From assembly GCA_035710105.1 (NCBI GenBank), contig DASTDZ010000127.1, positions 1 through 53,806 on the forward strand: 53,806 nt of DNA, read 5' to 3'. This document shows, piece after piece, positions 51,681 through 53,806 of the stretch. The position numbers and the translations under genes were made by a program. The DNA comes from Sphingomicrobium sp. (GTDB lineage Bacteria > Pseudomonadota > Alphaproteobacteria > Sphingomonadales > Sphingomonadaceae). Below the pieces are notes generated by a model. That model was given only the letters and a program-made list of their open reading frames with translations. It was not told where the DNA came from and ran no database searches. Positions within the stretch are counted from its first letter, which is position 1. Each line of letters begins with the position of its first letter.

Positions 51681-51947
51681 TTAGTCGGCGCTGTTGCCGT
51701 CCGCGTCCGCACCTTCGCGAGTCGCGTCGGCCGCTTCCTCGCCGGCCTCGCGGGTGGCGTCGGCCTGGTTCTCGAGCGCGTCCTCGGTCGCCTCGTTGGT
51801 CGCGTTGTCCGCGGCTTCCTCAAGGTTGTCCGCCGTCATCTCGGCATTGACTTCCATATTGTCGGCGGCCTGCTCTTGCGGGCTCTGGTTGCAGGCGGCG
51901 AGCGCCCCAAGTCCGATCGCGACTGCGAGCGTGTGCGTGATCTTCAT
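51681..51947 (-). CDS. Small acidic Ala/Asp/Glu/Asn-rich lipoprotein
   Basis: MKITHTLAVAIGLGALAAC lipobox; AGGGA RBS; repeated ADN motif. Confidence 0.85.
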   Translation of the reverse strand: MKITHTLAVAIGLGALAACNQSPQEQAADNMEVNAEMTADNLEEAADNATNEATEDALENQADATREAGEEAADATREGADADGNSAD

Positions 51948-52009
51948 TTGATGTCGTCCCTGTTCAGTTGCGGGGCAATGCTTGTTGCAGGGCCCTTCGG
52001 AAAGGACAA

Positions 52010-52034
52010 GACGTTTCGGAAGCATTTCGGTTCC
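52010..52034 (-). promoter_or_regulatory. ECF sigma-type promoter
   Basis: Minus strand GGAAC-N16-CGTC upstream of the acidic lipoprotein. Confidence 0.55.
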
Positions 52035-52059
52035 GGCCAAATCGCGGCCGGGCCGGACG

Positions 52060-52863
52060 TCAGTGGACGAACCTGGCGACGACGTCGCGGTAGGAACGGC
52101 TGACCTTCACCTGCGCGCCCGAATCGAGCACCAGGAAGCATTCGCCGTTGGTGTGCGGTTTCACCTGGCGGACGAGATCGAGGTTAACGATCGTCGAGCG
52201 ATGCACCCGCTGGAACCGCCGGGGGTCGAGCCTTTTCTCGAGGTCCTTCATCGTCTCACGAAGGATCAAGGTGTTGTCGCCGGTCTGGATGCACATGTAA
52301 TCGCCTGCCGCGTCGATCCGCTCGATCGTGTCGACGTCGACCCGGAAGATCTGGCCCTGGTCCTTGATGTTGATCATCTTCTCGAAGCGGTTGGCGGCCG
52401 GGCCTTCGGCGGCCCCGTCGGCCAGCTCCTCGGCGGCTTCGGGGGCGTGCTCGGCAAGCGCTTCCTTGAGCCGTTCCGCCTCTTCCGCGCTGCGCTTCTC
52501 GGCGAGCCGCTGGCGCACTCTGTCGAGGGTCGCCGCAAGCCGGTCTTCGTCGACCGGCTTGACCAGATAATCGACCGCCTGCGCCTCGAACGCCCGGATC
52601 GCATGCTCGCCATAAGCAGTGACGAACACGAACAGGGGCGGCTCGACCTCCATCAGCCCCTGGATCACCGAAAAGCCGTCGAAGCCGGGCATCTGGATGT
52701 CGAGGAAGACGAGGTCCGGCTTGTGGGTCTTGATCGCCCGGATCGCCTCGCGCCCGTTGGCCGCAGTGGCGACGATCTCGACATCGTCATGGGCCTCCAG
52801 CCGGAGCTGCAGCCCCTGGGTTGCAAGGGGCTCGTCATCGACCAGGATGGTCCGGATCGTCAT
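52060..52863 (-). CDS. LytTR-family response regulator
   Basis: VDDEPLA, FLDIQMP, DYLVKP receiver; FQRVHRSTIVN, VSRSY LytTR domain. Confidence 0.95.
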   Translation of the reverse strand: MTIRTILVDDEPLATQGLQLRLEAHDDVEIVATAANGREAIRAIKTHKPDLVFLDIQMPGFDGFSVIQGLMEVEPPLFVFVTAYGEHAIRAFEAQAVDYLVKPVDEDRLAATLDRVRQRLAEKRSAEEAERLKEALAEHAPEAAEELADGAAEGPAANRFEKMINIKDQGQIFRVDVDTIERIDAAGDYMCIQTGDNTLILRETMKDLEKRLDPRRFQRVHRSTIVNLDLVRQVKPHTNGECFLVLDSGAQVKVSRSYRDVVARFVH

Positions 52864-53806
52864 CAGTCCTCGTCTCCGCTCTGGTAGGGAATTTCAAGGA
52901 TAACGCTGAAACCCCCCTGTTCGTTCTTCCGGGTCATGAAAGTATGCGCGTTCCCGTAGGCCTGGGCCAGCCGTTCCTTGATGTTGGCGAGACCGACGCC
53001 GGTCGAGGGGTTGGCGGCGACCTCGGCGCTCCCTCCGCCTTCGCCATTGTCGGCGACCTCGATTCGAACGGCGTTGCCCTCGCGCCCGGCGGTGATCCAG
53101 ATGTCGGCCCCGGATTCGCTCGGAGTGACCGCATATTTGATCGCGTTTTCGATCAGCGGCTGCAGCAGCAGCGAAGGCAGCCGCGCGCCGATCGTCTCCG
53201 GGTCGATCCGGAAATGCGGGCGCATCCGGTCCTCGAAGCGCATCTTCTCGATCTCGAGGTAAAGCTTCAGGGTCTCGACCTCCTGAGCGAGCGTCACCTT
53301 GGCGGTGGATTCGTTGGCGAGCGTGTAGCGCAGGAAGGAGGACAGCCGGGCGAGCATCGCGTTCGCCCGCTCGGTTTGCTTCAAAAGGACGAGGGTGGAG
53401 ATCGAGTTCAGCGTGTTGAACAGGAAGTGCGGGTTGAGCTGATAGCGCAGCATCGCCAGCTGGGCGGTCGAGGCCTGGCTCTCGAGCCGCTCGCGCTGGT
53501 CGATCTGTTCCTCCAGCAGTAGGAAGTAGTTAATGCCGTAATAGAGCGCCGCCCACGCCGCGAGCAGCGCAAAATTGAGCAGGATCGCCCCGAGATATTC
53601 GACCCCGACCGGCCGCGCGTCGGGTTTCAGGAAGGTCGCGAAGCTCCATGTCTCGATCACCGAGAAAGCCGTCGCGGCAAGCACGACTGCTCCCAGGCTC
53701 AGCGCCACCGTCAGCAGCGCCCGCATTGCGATCAGCCGCCGGAACAGGGTCGCCAGCAGCAGGGTCAGCGAATAACCGGTGGCGGTCAGCAGCAGCGTGT
53801 GGACGA
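52863..53806 (-). CDS. LytS-type sensor histidine kinase (5' end beyond the window)
   Basis: LRYQLNPHFLFNTLN, LQPLIENAIK, GVGLANI; frame stays open to the window edge (VHTLLLTATGYSLT...). Confidence 0.93.
   Translation of the reverse strand, partial: VHTLLLTATGYSLTLLLATLFRRLIAMRALLTVALSLGAVVLAATAFSVIETWSFATFLKPDARPVGVEYLGAILLNFALLAAWAALYYGINYFLLLEEQIDQRERLESQASTAQLAMLRYQLNPHFLFNTLNSISTLVLLKQTERANAMLARLSSFLRYTLANESTAKVTLAQEVETLKLYLEIEKMRFEDRMRPHFRIDPETIGARLPSLLLQPLIENAIKYAVTPSESGADIWITAGREGNAVRIEVADNGEGGGSAEVAANPSTGVGLANIKERLAQAYGNAHTFMTRKNEQGGFSVILEIPYQSGDED

Overview
High-GC alphaproteobacterial chromosome segment, most likely Sphingomonadaceae (spt/ACP sphingolipid genes, Zn-free L36, Methanosarcina-type serC). 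It is mostly housekeeping: purT, purEK, purA, gpmA, galE, lepA, obgE, xth, serC-serA, rpmJ and five peptidases. I found no tRNA, rRNA, CRISPR array or transposase. The main feature is a sphingolipid locus at about 26.9-41.4 kb: cerR-like reductase, ACP, spt, a ceramide-kinase-like gene plus a Tam41-like cytidylyltransferase, lptF/lptG, a membrane desaturase/hydroxylase and a bCerS-like ceramide synthase. Two elements interrupt this locus: a hybrid histidine kinase and a four-gene B-family (ba3-type) heme-copper oxidase operon with a di-heme cytochrome c. Other notable elements are (i) a three-gene unit of a Cys-less peroxiredoxin-like gene, an archaeal-type AMP/thymidine phosphorylase and an archaeal-type PRPP synthetase, and (ii) a sigma54-type promoter with tandem enhancer-like sites ahead of an unannotated 34-aa membrane peptide and a stand-alone PspC protein. 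All calls come from motif recognition by eye with no database searches, and several start codons were re-chosen from the ORF track.
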